64,000 nt of DNA, taken from positions 10,699 through 74,698 of the forward strand of contig CAYGBN010000001.1 in assembly GCA_964348155.1 (NCBI GenBank), read 5' to 3'. The notes below the pieces were generated by a model. The model made no database searches. It was not told the origin of the DNA and saw nothing but the letters and a program-made list of their open reading frames with translations. Below, one piece after another: positions 11,123 through 20,578 of the stretch; positions within the stretch are counted from its first letter, which is position 1; each line of letters starts with the position of its first letter. The position numbers and the translations under genes were made by a program. This stretch comes from an uncultured Methanomassiliicoccales archaeon. GTDB lineage: Archaea > Thermoplasmatota > Thermoplasmata > RBG-16-68-12 > JAJISG01.

Positions 11123-11920
11123 ATGGATTGGGGTATGACAAACCGGTTGGCACGCATCCTTCGGCCCGACACGAACCACACCGTCATGTTGGCCGCAGAC
11201 CACGGCTACTTCCTGGGCCCTACGCGAAAGCTGGAGGACCCCGGAAAGACCCTGAAGCCCCTCATCCCGTACGCGGACGCCCTCATGATCACCCGGGGGG
11301 TCACCCGCAACGCCATCGACCCGAGGCAGGAGGTTCCCATTGTCCTGCGGGTCTCCGGCGGGGTGAGCATAGTGGGGCCCGCCCTGTCGGACGAGGGCAT
11401 CGCCACGGCGGTGAAGGACGCCGTTCGCCTCAACGCCTCCGCCATGGCCCTCTCCATTTTCGTGGGAACGGAGCACGAACGGCAGACGATCCTGAACCTG
11501 TCGAAGCTGGTGGACGAAGGGCTGGAGTACGGGATCCCCGTCCTGGCTGTCACGGCCGTGGGGAAGGAGCTGGAGAAGCGGGATGCCCGGTACCTGAGCC
11601 TCTGCTGCCGCATGGCCGCGGAGTTTGGGGCGAGCTTCGTGAAGACCTACTACTGCGAGGACTTCCACAAGGTGACGGGGAGTTGCCCCGTGCCCGTGGT
11701 CATGGCCGGCGGGCCAAAGCTGGAGACGGACTACGATGCCTTTGAGCTGGTGTACAACGCCATGCAGGAGGGGGCGTCGGGCGTGGACATGGGGAGGAAC
11801 ATCTGGCAGTCCGACCATCCCGTGGCTAAGATCCGGGCCGTCCGGGCCATCGTCCACCAGGACGCCACGCCCAAGGAGGCGAACCAACTTTTCGAGGAGG
11901 CTAAGGCGAAGGAGGGCTGA
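11123..11920 (+). CDS. DhnA-family class I aldolase (archaeal fructose-bisphosphate aldolase or ADH synthase AroA')
   Basis: The 265-aa protein has LAADHGYF near the N-terminus and the Schiff-base lysine context ASFVKTYY. A GGGAGGGAG Shine-Dalgarno-like run lies 5 nt upstream. Confidence 0.75.
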   Translation: MDWGMTNRLARILRPDTNHTVMLAADHGYFLGPTRKLEDPGKTLKPLIPYADALMITRGVTRNAIDPRQEVPIVLRVSGGVSIVGPALSDEGIATAVKDAVRLNASAMALSIFVGTEHERQTILNLSKLVDEGLEYGIPVLAVTAVGKELEKRDARYLSLCCRMAAEFGASFVKTYYCEDFHKVTGSCPVPVVMAGGPKLETDYDAFELVYNAMQEGASGVDMGRNIWQSDHPVAKIRAVRAIVHQDATPKEANQLFEEAKAKEG

Positions 11921-11960
11921 GGGCCCCCGGTAGAGGAGGGCAAGGCCCGGGTTCGGGGCC

Positions 11961-13256
11961 TCACGCCTCGCTAAGCAGGCGTGCCACTAGCTGGACGTAG
12001 AACTTGGCGGCCCGCTCCAGGGTGCTGACCACCACGTACTCGTTGGGCCCGTGGATGTTGCCCCCCTGCGGCCCGAAGTCGATGCACTCCACCCCTTGGG
12101 AGGAGAAGTGGCGGGAGTCGCTGGACCCCTGGCGCTCCACGACCCGCGGCGGAATGCCCAGGGTGGAGGCCACCTCCCTGGCCGCATGGATGAGCGGGGC
12201 CTGGGGATCCGTCATGACGCAGCCCGCCCCCGCCTCCACACGAAGGCTGGCCTCCGGAATCATCTCGTGGAGGGCGCGCTCCGCCGCTTCCCGCAACCCC
12301 TCGCTCTCCGCCGTCATGGCCCGCACGTCCACCGTGATGTGATGGGTGTCTCCGTCGCGTCGGTAGAAGTTGGGAAGGGCGTTGATGCCGTACACGCTGA
12401 AGTCCGTGGGAAAGGCGATGCGTGAGAGGGGAATCAGAGCCTTCAGAAGCGCCGTGAGATTGTCGTCCACGACGAGGTTCTCCCCGGAACGGCCCTCGCG
12501 CACAAACTCGATGGCCACCTCGTCAGGGATGACTGTATCTTTCACGAACCCGCCCCCCACGCTTGCCACCGTGAGCCCCCGGAGGAGGGCGTGATAGGCC
12601 CCCGTCAGGAACGCGTGGCTGTCGACGCCATGAATGAAGTAGGCGGTGTGGCGCGTGTCCCGGATGCGGGTGCGCGTTGTGAATCGCATCGTCTCCGCCT
12701 CCCCGCGGGTCCGACGGGGCGCCGCGGTCGCGCTCACGTGCAGGCGGAAGTAGTTCCTCCGGCGGTTGATGATTTGCAGGTCGATGCCGTCGCCGTTGAC
12801 AACGAAGCGGGGACGGAGGTCGCGGGCGAGGCGTTGTGCCCCGAAGTGCCCCCCCGTCTCCTCGTCCCCCGTGAAGGCAAAGGCCAGCCCGCCGTCGACG
12901 CGGTCGACGATGTCGGGCAGGGCCGTCAGGATGGCCGCCACGTTCCCCTTGTCGTCCACCACTCCCCGGCCAAAGGCGCGGTCCTCCTCCAGCGTCAGCC
13001 GATGAGGCGGGTGTCGCCAGCGGGCGTCGGGGCCCCGGGGCACCACGTCCCAGTGGGAGAGGAGGAGGACGCTGGGCTCCTCCGTCCCGATCTGGCCCTG
13101 GACGGTGAAGTATCCGCCGTCCTCCACGACCTCGCTCCGGATGCCCCACTCGTTGAGGGTCTCATGGATGAAGGCTGCGCCATCCTGGGGAGGCTTCCGC
13201 CCCTCCTCGGGGCTGTTGACCGTATCGATCTCCACCAGTTCCTTGAGGAGCTGCAA
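11961..13256 (-). CDS. M20-family metallopeptidase (ArgE/DapE/CPG2-like)
   Basis: M20 metal-ligand motifs LLSHWDVVP and GRGVVDDKGNVAA are present. Length is 431 aa. Confidence 0.75.
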   Translation of the reverse strand: MQLLKELVEIDTVNSPEEGRKPPQDGAAFIHETLNEWGIRSEVVEDGGYFTVQGQIGTEEPSVLLLSHWDVVPRGPDARWRHPPHRLTLEEDRAFGRGVVDDKGNVAAILTALPDIVDRVDGGLAFAFTGDEETGGHFGAQRLARDLRPRFVVNGDGIDLQIINRRRNYFRLHVSATAAPRRTRGEAETMRFTTRTRIRDTRHTAYFIHGVDSHAFLTGAYHALLRGLTVASVGGGFVKDTVIPDEVAIEFVREGRSGENLVVDDNLTALLKALIPLSRIAFPTDFSVYGINALPNFYRRDGDTHHITVDVRAMTAESEGLREAAERALHEMIPEASLRVEAGAGCVMTDPQAPLIHAAREVASTLGIPPRVVERQGSSDSRHFSSQGVECIDFGPQGGNIHGPNEYVVVSTLERAAKFYVQLVARLLSEA

Positions 13257-13409
13257 GAGGGGGTCCGTGGTGCGCCTCCCGTCCTTTTCCCCCCAGAGGC
13301 AAGGGGGCTATAATACCCTGCGGAGGCGATCGCCAGCGCGCCGCTCCGGGAGCTTCTGACAGGGGCCTGTCGGCCGGTCCATGTCAAGCCGGGAAGGGAG
13401 GGGTCGAAC

Positions 13410-15032
13410 TTAGTCGAAGTCGCCTTCGCCCTCTTCGCCGGGGCCCCCAGCCCCGGACTTGAACTCCTTGCTGGCGATGATGTCGTCAATCCGGAGGATC
13501 ATCACCGCCGCGTCCGTGGCAGAGGCCACAGCCTGCTTCGTCACGCGCAGGGGCTCGATGACGTCCAGCTTCTTCATGTCGGAAATCTTGCCGGTATGGA
13601 CGTCCACGCCGTGGTACTTTTTCCCCTTCTTGTGGCTCGTTCGCAGGTCTAGCAGGGTGTCGATGGGGTCGAGGCCTGCGTTCTCCGCCAGGGTGCGGGG
13701 CACTACGTCGAAGGCCGTGGCGAAGGCCTCGATGGCCATCTGCTCCCGGCCCCCCACCGTGGAGGCGTAGTCCCGGAGGGCGAGGGAGAGCTCCGTGTGA
13801 ACGCTGCCGCCCCCCACGAGGACCTTGCCGTCCTCCACCGCCGAGCGCACGACGTTCAGGGCGTCGTCCACCGAACGCTCCACCTCATCCACCACGTGCT
13901 CCGTGCCGCCCCGCAGCAGGAGGGAGACGGCCTTGGCTTCCTTGCAGCCCTCCACGAAGGTCATCTCGTCGTCGCCGATCTTCCGCTCTTCCACGAGGTC
14001 GGCCCGGCCCAGGTCCGTCTTGTCGATCTCCCGGATCTTGCTGACGATCCGGCCGCCTGTGGCCTTGGCCAACTTCTCCATGTCGGACTTCTTCACCCGA
14101 CGCACGGCGTAGATGCCCTCCTTTGCGAGGTAGTGCTGCGCCAGGTCGTCGATGCCCTTCTGGCCGAAGAGGACGTTGGCGCCGGCCTCCTTGACGGCCT
14201 CCACGTAGCCTCGAAGGATGTTCTCCTCCTCCCCGAGGAAGGCCTGGAGCTGCTGGGGATCGCGGATCTGAATCTTGGCGTCGAACTCCGTCTTCTTGAC
14301 TTCCAGGGCCGCATCCACCAGCGCGATCTTCGCCTTCTTCACCTGGGTGGGCATGCCGGTGTGGACGCGCTCCTTGTCCACGATGATGCCGTCCACCAGC
14401 TGGCTGTCCATGATGGTGCCGCCCTGCTTCTTCACGATCTGGACGTTGTCCTCGTCCACCGTGGGCTGGCCGTCCACGGTCTCCGCGATGGACCGGACAG
14501 CCCGGACGGCCAGGTCGGCCAGGTACTCCCGGTTTGCGCTGACCGCCTTGCTGATCATGGCCGTGGACGCGATCTTCTTGAGCGTCTCCACGTCATCGGG
14601 CTTGACGGTCTCCGCCATCTTGTCCAGGAGCTCCGTCGCCTTCTCCGCCGCCAGGCGGAAGCCCTGGGCGATGATCGTGGGGTGGATCTGCCCGATGTGG
14701 TCCTCCACCCGCTTCAAGAGCTCCCCCGTGAAGATTACGGCCGTCGTCGTCCCGTCGCCACACTCCTCGTCCTGGGTCTTGGCCACCTCGACCAGCATCT
14801 TGGCCGCCGGGTGCTCCACCTCGATCTCCTTGAGGATGGTCACCCCGTCGTTCGTGATCACCACATCCCCCATGGTGTCCACAAGCATCTTGTCCATTCC
14901 TCGGGGGCCGAGGGTGGAGCGCACGGCGTCGGCAATGGCGCGGGCCGCCTGGATGTTGCTGACCTGCGCTCCCTTGCCGCGCTCCCTCCGCGTTCCTTCC
15001 TTCAGCACCAGAATTGGTGTCGTTCCCATCAT
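13410..15032 (-). CDS. ths: thermosome subunit (group II chaperonin)
   Basis: The sequence spans [11 protein letters not shown]...[12 protein letters not shown]...[17 protein letters not shown], with the C-terminal [12 protein letters not shown] tail. Length is 540 aa. Confidence 0.92.
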   Translation of the reverse strand: MMGTTPILVLKEGTRRERGKGAQVSNIQAARAIADAVRSTLGPRGMDKMLVDTMGDVVITNDGVTILKEIEVEHPAAKMLVEVAKTQDEECGDGTTTAVIFTGELLKRVEDHIGQIHPTIIAQGFRLAAEKATELLDKMAETVKPDDVETLKKIASTAMISKAVSANREYLADLAVRAVRSIAETVDGQPTVDEDNVQIVKKQGGTIMDSQLVDGIIVDKERVHTGMPTQVKKAKIALVDAALEVKKTEFDAKIQIRDPQQLQAFLGEEENILRGYVEAVKEAGANVLFGQKGIDDLAQHYLAKEGIYAVRRVKKSDMEKLAKATGGRIVSKIREIDKTDLGRADLVEERKIGDDEMTFVEGCKEAKAVSLLLRGGTEHVVDEVERSVDDALNVVRSAVEDGKVLVGGGSVHTELSLALRDYASTVGGREQMAIEAFATAFDVVPRTLAENAGLDPIDTLLDLRTSHKKGKKYHGVDVHTGKISDMKKLDVIEPLRVTKQAVASATDAAVMILRIDDIIASKEFKSGAGGPGEEGEGDFD

Positions 15033-15087
15033 GGCTCTCCTTCCTCCCTCCGCGGTTGATATGATTGAAGCCTATATGTAACAGACC

Positions 15088-15099
15088 TTCTATATAAGG
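15088..15099 (-). promoter_or_regulatory. TATA box (TTATATAG on minus strand) upstream of thermosome; second weaker TATA at 15071-15079
   Basis: An AT-rich island sits 40-65 nt upstream of the thermosome ATG. It is in an otherwise GC-rich context. Confidence 0.4.
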
Positions 15100-15136
15100 A
15101 TTCCCCGGCCTTGGGGACCCCCCCCCATCCGGCAGG

Positions 15137-15583
15137 CTACGCCACGATGATCTTGATGGCCTGGGTGGGGCACTGGGCTTCACAGGCCATGCAGTCGATG
15201 CAGTCCTCCTCCCGGATGGGATCGGACTTGTCCGTTCGGTACTGGACCCACAGGTCGTCGCCCTCGGCGAGGACCTTGTCGCTGGCCGTCCCGGCGTTGC
15301 CGGGGTTCAGGAGCCACTCAAACACGTCCACGGGGCAGACGTCCATGCACACGCCGTCGGCGATGCACGCCTCGAAGTCCACGGCCACGTGAGTCCCGTG
15401 GAGGCCCAGCTGCGTCGGGTAGGAGTTCCCCTCGTTGTCCATCCGCTTGACCCCCTCCGCTCGGACGGTGTGGCCCTCGTGCTCCCCCGTCTCCGGGAAC
15501 TCCTCGGGCTTGTCGATGAAGTCTGGATCGATAGGCTTGGGCTTGTAGTCCACCTCGCGGACCATGCTGATCGCTCCGCCCAA
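15137..15583 (-). CDS. 2x[4Fe-4S] ferredoxin with N-terminal extension
   Basis: Two cluster motifs are present: CIADGVCMDVCP and CIDCMACEAQCP. Confidence 0.75.
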   Translation of the reverse strand: MGGAISMVREVDYKPKPIDPDFIDKPEEFPETGEHEGHTVRAEGVKRMDNEGNSYPTQLGLHGTHVAVDFEACIADGVCMDVCPVDVFEWLLNPGNAGTASDKVLAEGDDLWVQYRTDKSDPIREEDCIDCMACEAQCPTQAIKIIVA

Positions 15584-15627
15584 ACGAGAGCCGCTATGAA
15601 AAGCTTGGGGGCGTACTCTCCCTTCCT

Positions 15628-15858
15628 CTATATATCGCGCCGGACGGTGATGGGGATGACGCCCTTGTCGAACTCCAGGGCCGCCAGGTCCACCGGGTCC
15701 ACCATCTCCTCCGGCGTCTTCAGCAGGATGGGTGCCCCCATGGCGATCTGAAGGGCTCGGGCTCCGATGATCCTCGCCCTTTCGAACCTGGTATACCCTG
15801 CGATGGCTTCTCCCCCCTCATCGCTCAGCGGGATGGGCACGGCAAGCACGGACGGCAC
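15628..15858 (-). CDS. rpoK: DNA-directed RNA polymerase subunit K (Rpb6/omega homologue)
   Basis: [24 protein letters not shown] matches the conserved RpoK/Rpb6 core. Confidence 0.75.
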   Translation of the reverse strand: MPSVLAVPIPLSDEGGEAIAGYTRFERARIIGARALQIAMGAPILLKTPEEMVDPVDLAALEFDKGVIPITVRRDI

Positions 15859-16140
15859 ACTCTAGGCTGGGGTGGGGCTCTCGACATCTCCTTGCGAAGG
15901 GCGTGACGCTTGGGAAGCGGATGGGGCTACAGCTCGGCCTTCTCCTTCTCTCGTACGCGTACGGCCACCGGGGTTGCCCCGGGGCATGCGTGCAAGCCTG
16001 ATGTCCTATTAAAGCTTTCTCTGCCTCCGATCGCTGGTCACCGCGTCGGTTATCGCCCAAGATAATGCTGGGCCAACCTTATAATAATCATCGGGGCAAG
16101 GGGAAGAGGCGGGATCGTCGACGCGCCTTGGCCCCCTAGG

Positions 16141-17409
16141 GTGCCCCCCGTCGGCCGCCGCCCGCAACGAAGCCATGGAGGTGAATCCCTGACCGCCGAG
16201 GCCCAGGTGTCGGACGCCGCGTCGTCGTTTCTCGACAAGGCCTTCCCTACCGGCGCCTCGACCCTCCTCTTGGCCCCCATGGGGCCGGAGAAGGAGGCCC
16301 TCCTCCTCCCGCTGATCCATCGCGCGCTGCGTGCGGGGACGCCGGTGGTCCTCGCCCTCTCCCACATCCCGCCCCGTCGCGTGCTGCGGAAGCTTGCCCT
16401 CCTGGGGTACGACGTGGAGCGCGGCCGCGCGGAGGGGTGGCTGCGGATCCTGGACTGGTACACCCACAAGGAGGAGGAGATGGAGGCCACGCAGGAGGAT
16501 GCCGGGGTCCAGCGGTGTCCCGGGGATCCGGGAGTCATGGAGAAGGCCCTCCGCGGGATGTTGGAAGCGGAGGACACGAAGGGTCTGGTCGTCGTGGAGG
16601 TTCTGACGGACTTCGCCGCACAGGGCGGGGACCCCCCTCTCGCCTTCGCCTCCGCAATCGCCAAGGCCCTGAAGGCCTGGGACACCTCCGTCTTCGTGGC
16701 GGACGCGGACTTCACGTCCACCGCCATGACGGACCACCTCTGGGAGCTCTTCGACGGAGTCCTGGAGGTCACCCGGCAACGGACCCAGGAGGCGGTCACG
16801 TGGACGGCCACCCTCCCCCGACGGGGGGAGGAGATGAAGCTGTACGCCCTGGAGATGGTGCCTCCGTTTGTGGGCTTCACGGCTCGCGCCGGGGAGGAAC
16901 GATCCCTTGCGGTTCCCGGGGAGGCGGAGCGGGAGGGGATGGACTGCCCTCAGTGCGGGGCGCCATTGGAGGGCGCGGAGTGCGACGTCTGCGGGTACAT
17001 GCCGGGAGACCCCGACCTGAGCCACATCAAGGACATCCTGACGAAGACGGAGGAGCGGCTCTCGGGATCGCCCGAGGACCTGGATGCTCTCTTCACGAAG
17101 GCGGCGGCGCAGGCGCGGCTCAAGGAGTACGACGCCGCCCTCAAAACGCTCAACGAACTCACCCGCATGCAGCCCGCCTATCCGGGGATGTGGATGCTCA
17201 AGGCGAAGCTCTTCGACCAGGTGGGTGACGAGCTCAAGGCGAACCTTTGCCGGCACCGGGCCTTGGAGCTCGCCCACGAGGAGTCCGGCCGCGCCTTCGA
17301 AGCGCGGGTGGACGAGAGCGAGGGGCAGTTCCAGTGCCCGCTCTGCAACCGTGCCCTTCCCATCGAGGCCACCATCTGCCCCTGCGGCGCGGAGTTTGAG
17401 GAGGATTGA
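16141..17409 (+). CDS. KaiC/RecA-like domain protein lacking a P-loop, with two zinc ribbons and TPR-like helices
   Basis: The N-terminal ~230 aa resemble a KaiC/FlaH-type ATPase (LDKAFP.G.STLLL...VVVEVLTDFA), but Walker A reads APMGPEKE. Two zinc ribbons follow: CPQCGAPLEGAECDVCGY and CPLCNRALPIEATICPCGAEF. TPR-like helices lie between them. The antisense ORF is Arg/Gly/Pro-rich. Confidence 0.55.
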   Translation: MPPVGRRPQRSHGGESLTAEAQVSDAASSFLDKAFPTGASTLLLAPMGPEKEALLLPLIHRALRAGTPVVLALSHIPPRRVLRKLALLGYDVERGRAEGWLRILDWYTHKEEEMEATQEDAGVQRCPGDPGVMEKALRGMLEAEDTKGLVVVEVLTDFAAQGGDPPLAFASAIAKALKAWDTSVFVADADFTSTAMTDHLWELFDGVLEVTRQRTQEAVTWTATLPRRGEEMKLYALEMVPPFVGFTARAGEERSLAVPGEAEREGMDCPQCGAPLEGAECDVCGYMPGDPDLSHIKDILTKTEERLSGSPEDLDALFTKAAAQARLKEYDAALKTLNELTRMQPAYPGMWMLKAKLFDQVGDELKANLCRHRALELAHEESGRAFEARVDESEGQFQCPLCNRALPIEATICPCGAEFEED

Positions 17410-17412
17410 GGG

Positions 17413-17425
17413 GGGGGTGTCCCCC
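17413..17425 (+). terminator. GC hairpin GGGGG-TGT-CCCCC immediately after stop codon (within a G8 run)
   Basis: Seen directly at 17410-17425. No oligo-T tract follows, so a terminator role is speculative. Confidence 0.2.
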
Positions 17426-17649
17426 GACATGAACAGCGCGACTCATCGAAAGCCGAGCTCGCTCCTCGTCCTGACCCTGCCGGGGGGTTGTCGGACGTCG
17501 GGGTTGGCTCCCAGTCACCTCGGGATGACACATCCCTTCGTGGGGGGACCAGTGCGACGTCCATGGTCGCCATGACATTGCAAGGCTAAAGGCTTTGGGG
17601 GCGCCTGCCGCCCGGTGAGATTTATCTAGCCCCCTCGCCTTGGCCGGAC

Positions 17650-18261
17650 GTGGTCCCCTCCCAGGTGCTGCCCTGGCTCGCTGCACGGGACGGTCAGCCC
17701 CTGTCACCCACGGGCCGTTCCGCGGACGGACGCAAGCTCACCGAGCTGGTCGCGGAGGCGTTGAAACGGTTTGAACGCCTCCTGCTGTGGGACGTGGACG
17801 GGTTCGAGCGCGGTCGGCCCCAGCTGGACCTCTACCGCCGGTTTGAGGGACAGGGCCTCTGGGTGGACGGAGGCGTGGACACCACGGACGGCTTCATCGA
17901 CGTCCTGGTTGCGGGGGCCGACGTGGCCGTCCTGAACCTCAGGACTCTTCCGCGCCTGGAGGCGTTGGAGGAGGCGGGGGCCCTGACGGAGAAACTGGCC
18001 GTCTGCGTGGAGGAGGGAGACCGGACCTTCATCCGGGACCGCCGGCATCAGAGCCTTGTGCCAGAGGAGGCGTTCCGCCGAGCCCTGCGGGCGGGCATCC
18101 CCCGAGGCGTCTACATCCGGGATTCCGGCGTGCAGGATCCGCCAGCATGGGCGGGGGAGCTTCAGGGAATGGAGCTCTTCCTGGGGCCATCCGACGCCTC
18201 CGTGTCGCGTCTGGAGGAGCTCTCCTGGAGCCCCGTCGTGGACCTCTACGAGTTGGTGTAA
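17650..18261 (+). CDS. HisA/HisF-related half-barrel protein (COG1411-like)
   Basis: LLLWDVDGFERG...GLWVDGGVDTTDGFIDVLVAGADVAVLN resembles the first (beta-alpha)4 half of the ProFAR isomerase HisA. A TATA-like ATTTATCT lies about 34 nt upstream (17611-17618). Confidence 0.5.
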   Translation: MVPSQVLPWLAARDGQPLSPTGRSADGRKLTELVAEALKRFERLLLWDVDGFERGRPQLDLYRRFEGQGLWVDGGVDTTDGFIDVLVAGADVAVLNLRTLPRLEALEEAGALTEKLAVCVEEGDRTFIRDRRHQSLVPEEAFRRALRAGIPRGVYIRDSGVQDPPAWAGELQGMELFLGPSDASVSRLEELSWSPVVDLYELV

Positions 18262-18738
18262 TTGGAGAGCCTGAAGCGGACCATCGCCCTCCTCTTCCGA
18301 CGGAAGGGGAAGGAGCGCCTCACGGAACGCGAGTTCGTGTTCTCCGCTTCCATGGATCTGGGGTGGTTTCCACCGAAGGACGCACAGCGATTGCTCGACC
18401 TGGGGCTGAAGCAGGGCCTCCTGACCCGGGAGGAGGAGGGGGTGAGGCCGCAGTTCGACGTGACGGGGATGGACGTTCCCCTTGACTTCACCCCCACCGA
18501 GGCGGTCCTGGAGGAGCAGGATCTCTTTCAGCGGCTCGTGGACGCCCTCGCCAGCGCCAGCGAGCGGCCGCGGAAGGAGGTGGTGGCGCGCATCAACGCC
18601 GTCCAGGCTCGGATGGGCGTCTACGCGGAGGTCGCGGCCCTGCTGACGGGGGAAGGCTGGGCCGTGGACCTGTCCGGGTTTCGGCACGAGGTCGAGGACC
18701 TGGTCCGGCAGCGCCGGCCTAACCCTCCCGGCGGATGA
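18262..18738 (+). CDS. DUF2240-like archaeal protein
   Basis: The N-terminus LKRTIALLFRRKGKERLTEREFVFSASMDLGWFPPKDAQRLLD matches my recollection of DUF2240. It abuts the previous stop, and the track uses a TTG start. Confidence 0.5.
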   Translation: MESLKRTIALLFRRKGKERLTEREFVFSASMDLGWFPPKDAQRLLDLGLKQGLLTREEEGVRPQFDVTGMDVPLDFTPTEAVLEEQDLFQRLVDALASASERPRKEVVARINAVQARMGVYAEVAALLTGEGWAVDLSGFRHEVEDLVRQRRPNPPGG

Positions 18739-19162
18739 GGTCGCCCAGGGTCATGGGACGCCGGTCCGCCCGCGTCTGGGTCGGGGCCTCCTCCACCCTT
18801 TCTCGGAGTCGCACGCGGAGCGCCCGCTCCAACTTGGAGAGGAGGGCGTCGTCAGGCCGCATCTTCCCCTTCTCCAGCTTCTCGATGATGCTGAGCTTCT
18901 CGTTGATGCGGGTGGCCAGCTCCTCTCGCTTCCAGCCCAGGGACTCTCGGGCGTTGCGGATGCGCCGGGGGTAGTCCTCCGCGAGCTCGAAGGCCGTCTC
19001 AGCCACGGGGCGGGGGGAGGGGCGGGGGCGGGGAGGTTGGCCTGCCTTCCGCGTACGAGGCGTACGGACCTCCACGCCGAACCTCGCGCAGCGGTCGCAG
19101 AGCATGAGGCGGGTCCCCTCCACCGTCACGGGGCGAAGGTGGGGCACCTCCGATCCGCACAT
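18719..19162 (-). CDS. mbf1: archaeal multiprotein-bridging factor 1 (zinc ribbon + HTH_XRE)
   Basis: A zinc ribbon (CEMCGSEV...CDRCARFG) is followed by a helix-turn-helix (RIRNARESLGWKREELATRINEKLSIIEKLEKGK). I chose the start at MCGSEV. The longer ORF start is Arg-rich. Confidence 0.75.
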   Translation of the reverse strand: MCGSEVPHLRPVTVEGTRLMLCDRCARFGVEVRTPRTRKAGQPPRPRPSPRPVAETAFELAEDYPRRIRNARESLGWKREELATRINEKLSIIEKLEKGKMRPDDALLSKLERALRVRLRERVEEAPTQTRADRRPMTLGDLIRREG

Positions 19163-19285
19163 CTCGCAGCGGGGCGCGTGTCTCCCTCCGTCTCTTCTCC
19201 GCGGGAGATAGGCGTGGCCTGCCACTTGAAGTTGACGGCGCAGGCCGGTTGAACGGCACGGACTCACTGGACTCTATCGTTTCTG

Positions 19286-20578
19286 ATGGCGATGGAGCAA
19301 CCCATAAATAGCCCCCGCCGAGTATGTGCGTCCCAGAAGGGACATCGACCCCCCGGAGGACCCAGGGTGGACGAAGACGAGGGACAGGCATTCTTCTCCA
19401 AGCTCTCGGAACGCATCGCCCACCTCGAGAGCCGCAACGACAGACTCAAGGAGGACTCCAAGAACATGCAGGGGGAGAAGCGCCTCATCGAGAGCGAGCT
19501 CGTGAAGCTGCGCCGGGAGGCGAAGCGGCTCCGGTCGGAGCTGGATCGGCTCAAGACGCCCCCCTTGATTATCGGCGACGTTCGGGACGTCCTGACGGAC
19601 GGGCGGGTCATCGTGAAGAGCTCCACCGGTCCCGACTTCATCGTCCACGCGGCGGACTACGTGGACCCCGAGGGCCTGAAGGTGGGCGCTCGAGTGGCCC
19701 TGAACAAGCAGACCCTGGCCATCATGGGCGTCCTTCCCCCCACGTACGATCCGCTCGTCGTGGGGGCGGAGGTCATTGAGCGGCCCCCGGTCACCTACGA
19801 CGACATCGGCGGGCTGGCGGATGCCATCCTGGAGGTCCGTGAGGCCATCGAGGATCCCCTGCTGAAGCCCGAGCTCTTTCGACGGGTGGGGATCGAGCCG
19901 CCCAAGGGCATCCTTCTCGTGGGGCCCCCCGGGACGGGGAAGACCCTTCTGGCGAAGGCCGTCTCCCGCAAAACGAAGGCCACCTTCATCCGTCTCGTGG
20001 GATCGGAGCTGGTGCAGAAGTACATCGGCGAGGGCGCCCGGCTGGTGCGCGAGCTCTTCCAGCTGGGGCAGGAGCGCGCCCCCTCCGTCGTCTTCATCGA
20101 CGAGCTGGACGCCATCGGCGCGAGCCGCCTGGAGATGGCCACCAGCGGGGACCGGGAAGTCCAGCGGACCCTCATGCAGCTCCTGGCGGAGATGGATGGC
20201 TTCGAGCCCCTCTCCGACGTGAAGATCATCGGCGCCACCAATCGACCGGACATCCTGGACGCCGCCCTCCTGCGGCCGGGCCGCTTCGACCGCATCATCG
20301 ACATCCCCATGCCTGACCTCGAGGCCCGACGGGAGATTTTCCGAATCCACACCCGAGGGATGAGCATCCGCGACGGGGAGCTGGACTACGCGTCCCTCGC
20401 CGCGCGGACCGAGGGGGCCACCGGCGCCGACATCCGGGCCGTCTGCACCGAGGCGGGCATGTTCGCCATCCGCGAGGGGCGGGACGCCGTCACCTTGGAG
20501 GACTTCCTGCGGGCGAGGGAGAAGGTCGTGGGCGAGTCTCTGGAAGGCGGGCGGGAAACGGGCGCAATGTTCGCCTAG
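19286..20578 (+). CDS. pan: proteasome-activating nucleotidase
   Basis: An N-terminal coiled coil is followed by an AAA module ([14 protein letters not shown]), a second-region-of-homology segment and a C-terminal hydrophobic-Tyr-X-like tail. Length is 430 aa. Confidence 0.9.
   Translation: MAMEQPINSPRRVCASQKGHRPPGGPRVDEDEGQAFFSKLSERIAHLESRNDRLKEDSKNMQGEKRLIESELVKLRREAKRLRSELDRLKTPPLIIGDVRDVLTDGRVIVKSSTGPDFIVHAADYVDPEGLKVGARVALNKQTLAIMGVLPPTYDPLVVGAEVIERPPVTYDDIGGLADAILEVREAIEDPLLKPELFRRVGIEPPKGILLVGPPGTGKTLLAKAVSRKTKATFIRLVGSELVQKYIGEGARLVRELFQLGQERAPSVVFIDELDAIGASRLEMATSGDREVQRTLMQLLAEMDGFEPLSDVKIIGATNRPDILDAALLRPGRFDRIIDIPMPDLEARREIFRIHTRGMSIRDGELDYASLAARTEGATGADIRAVCTEAGMFAIREGRDAVTLEDFLRAREKVVGESLEGGRETGAMFA

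Noticed and set aside
11921-11960. GC hairpin (GGCCC...GGGCC) between convergent aldolase and M20 peptidase genes as a bidirectional terminator
   Set aside because: The stem is short and imperfect, and there is no oligo-T tract, which archaeal terminators usually require. I left it unannotated.
16009-17430. 473-aa minus-strand ORF
   Set aside because: It is antisense to the KaiC-like/Zn-ribbon gene. The composition is biased (Arg/Gly/Leu/Pro) and no motifs are present.
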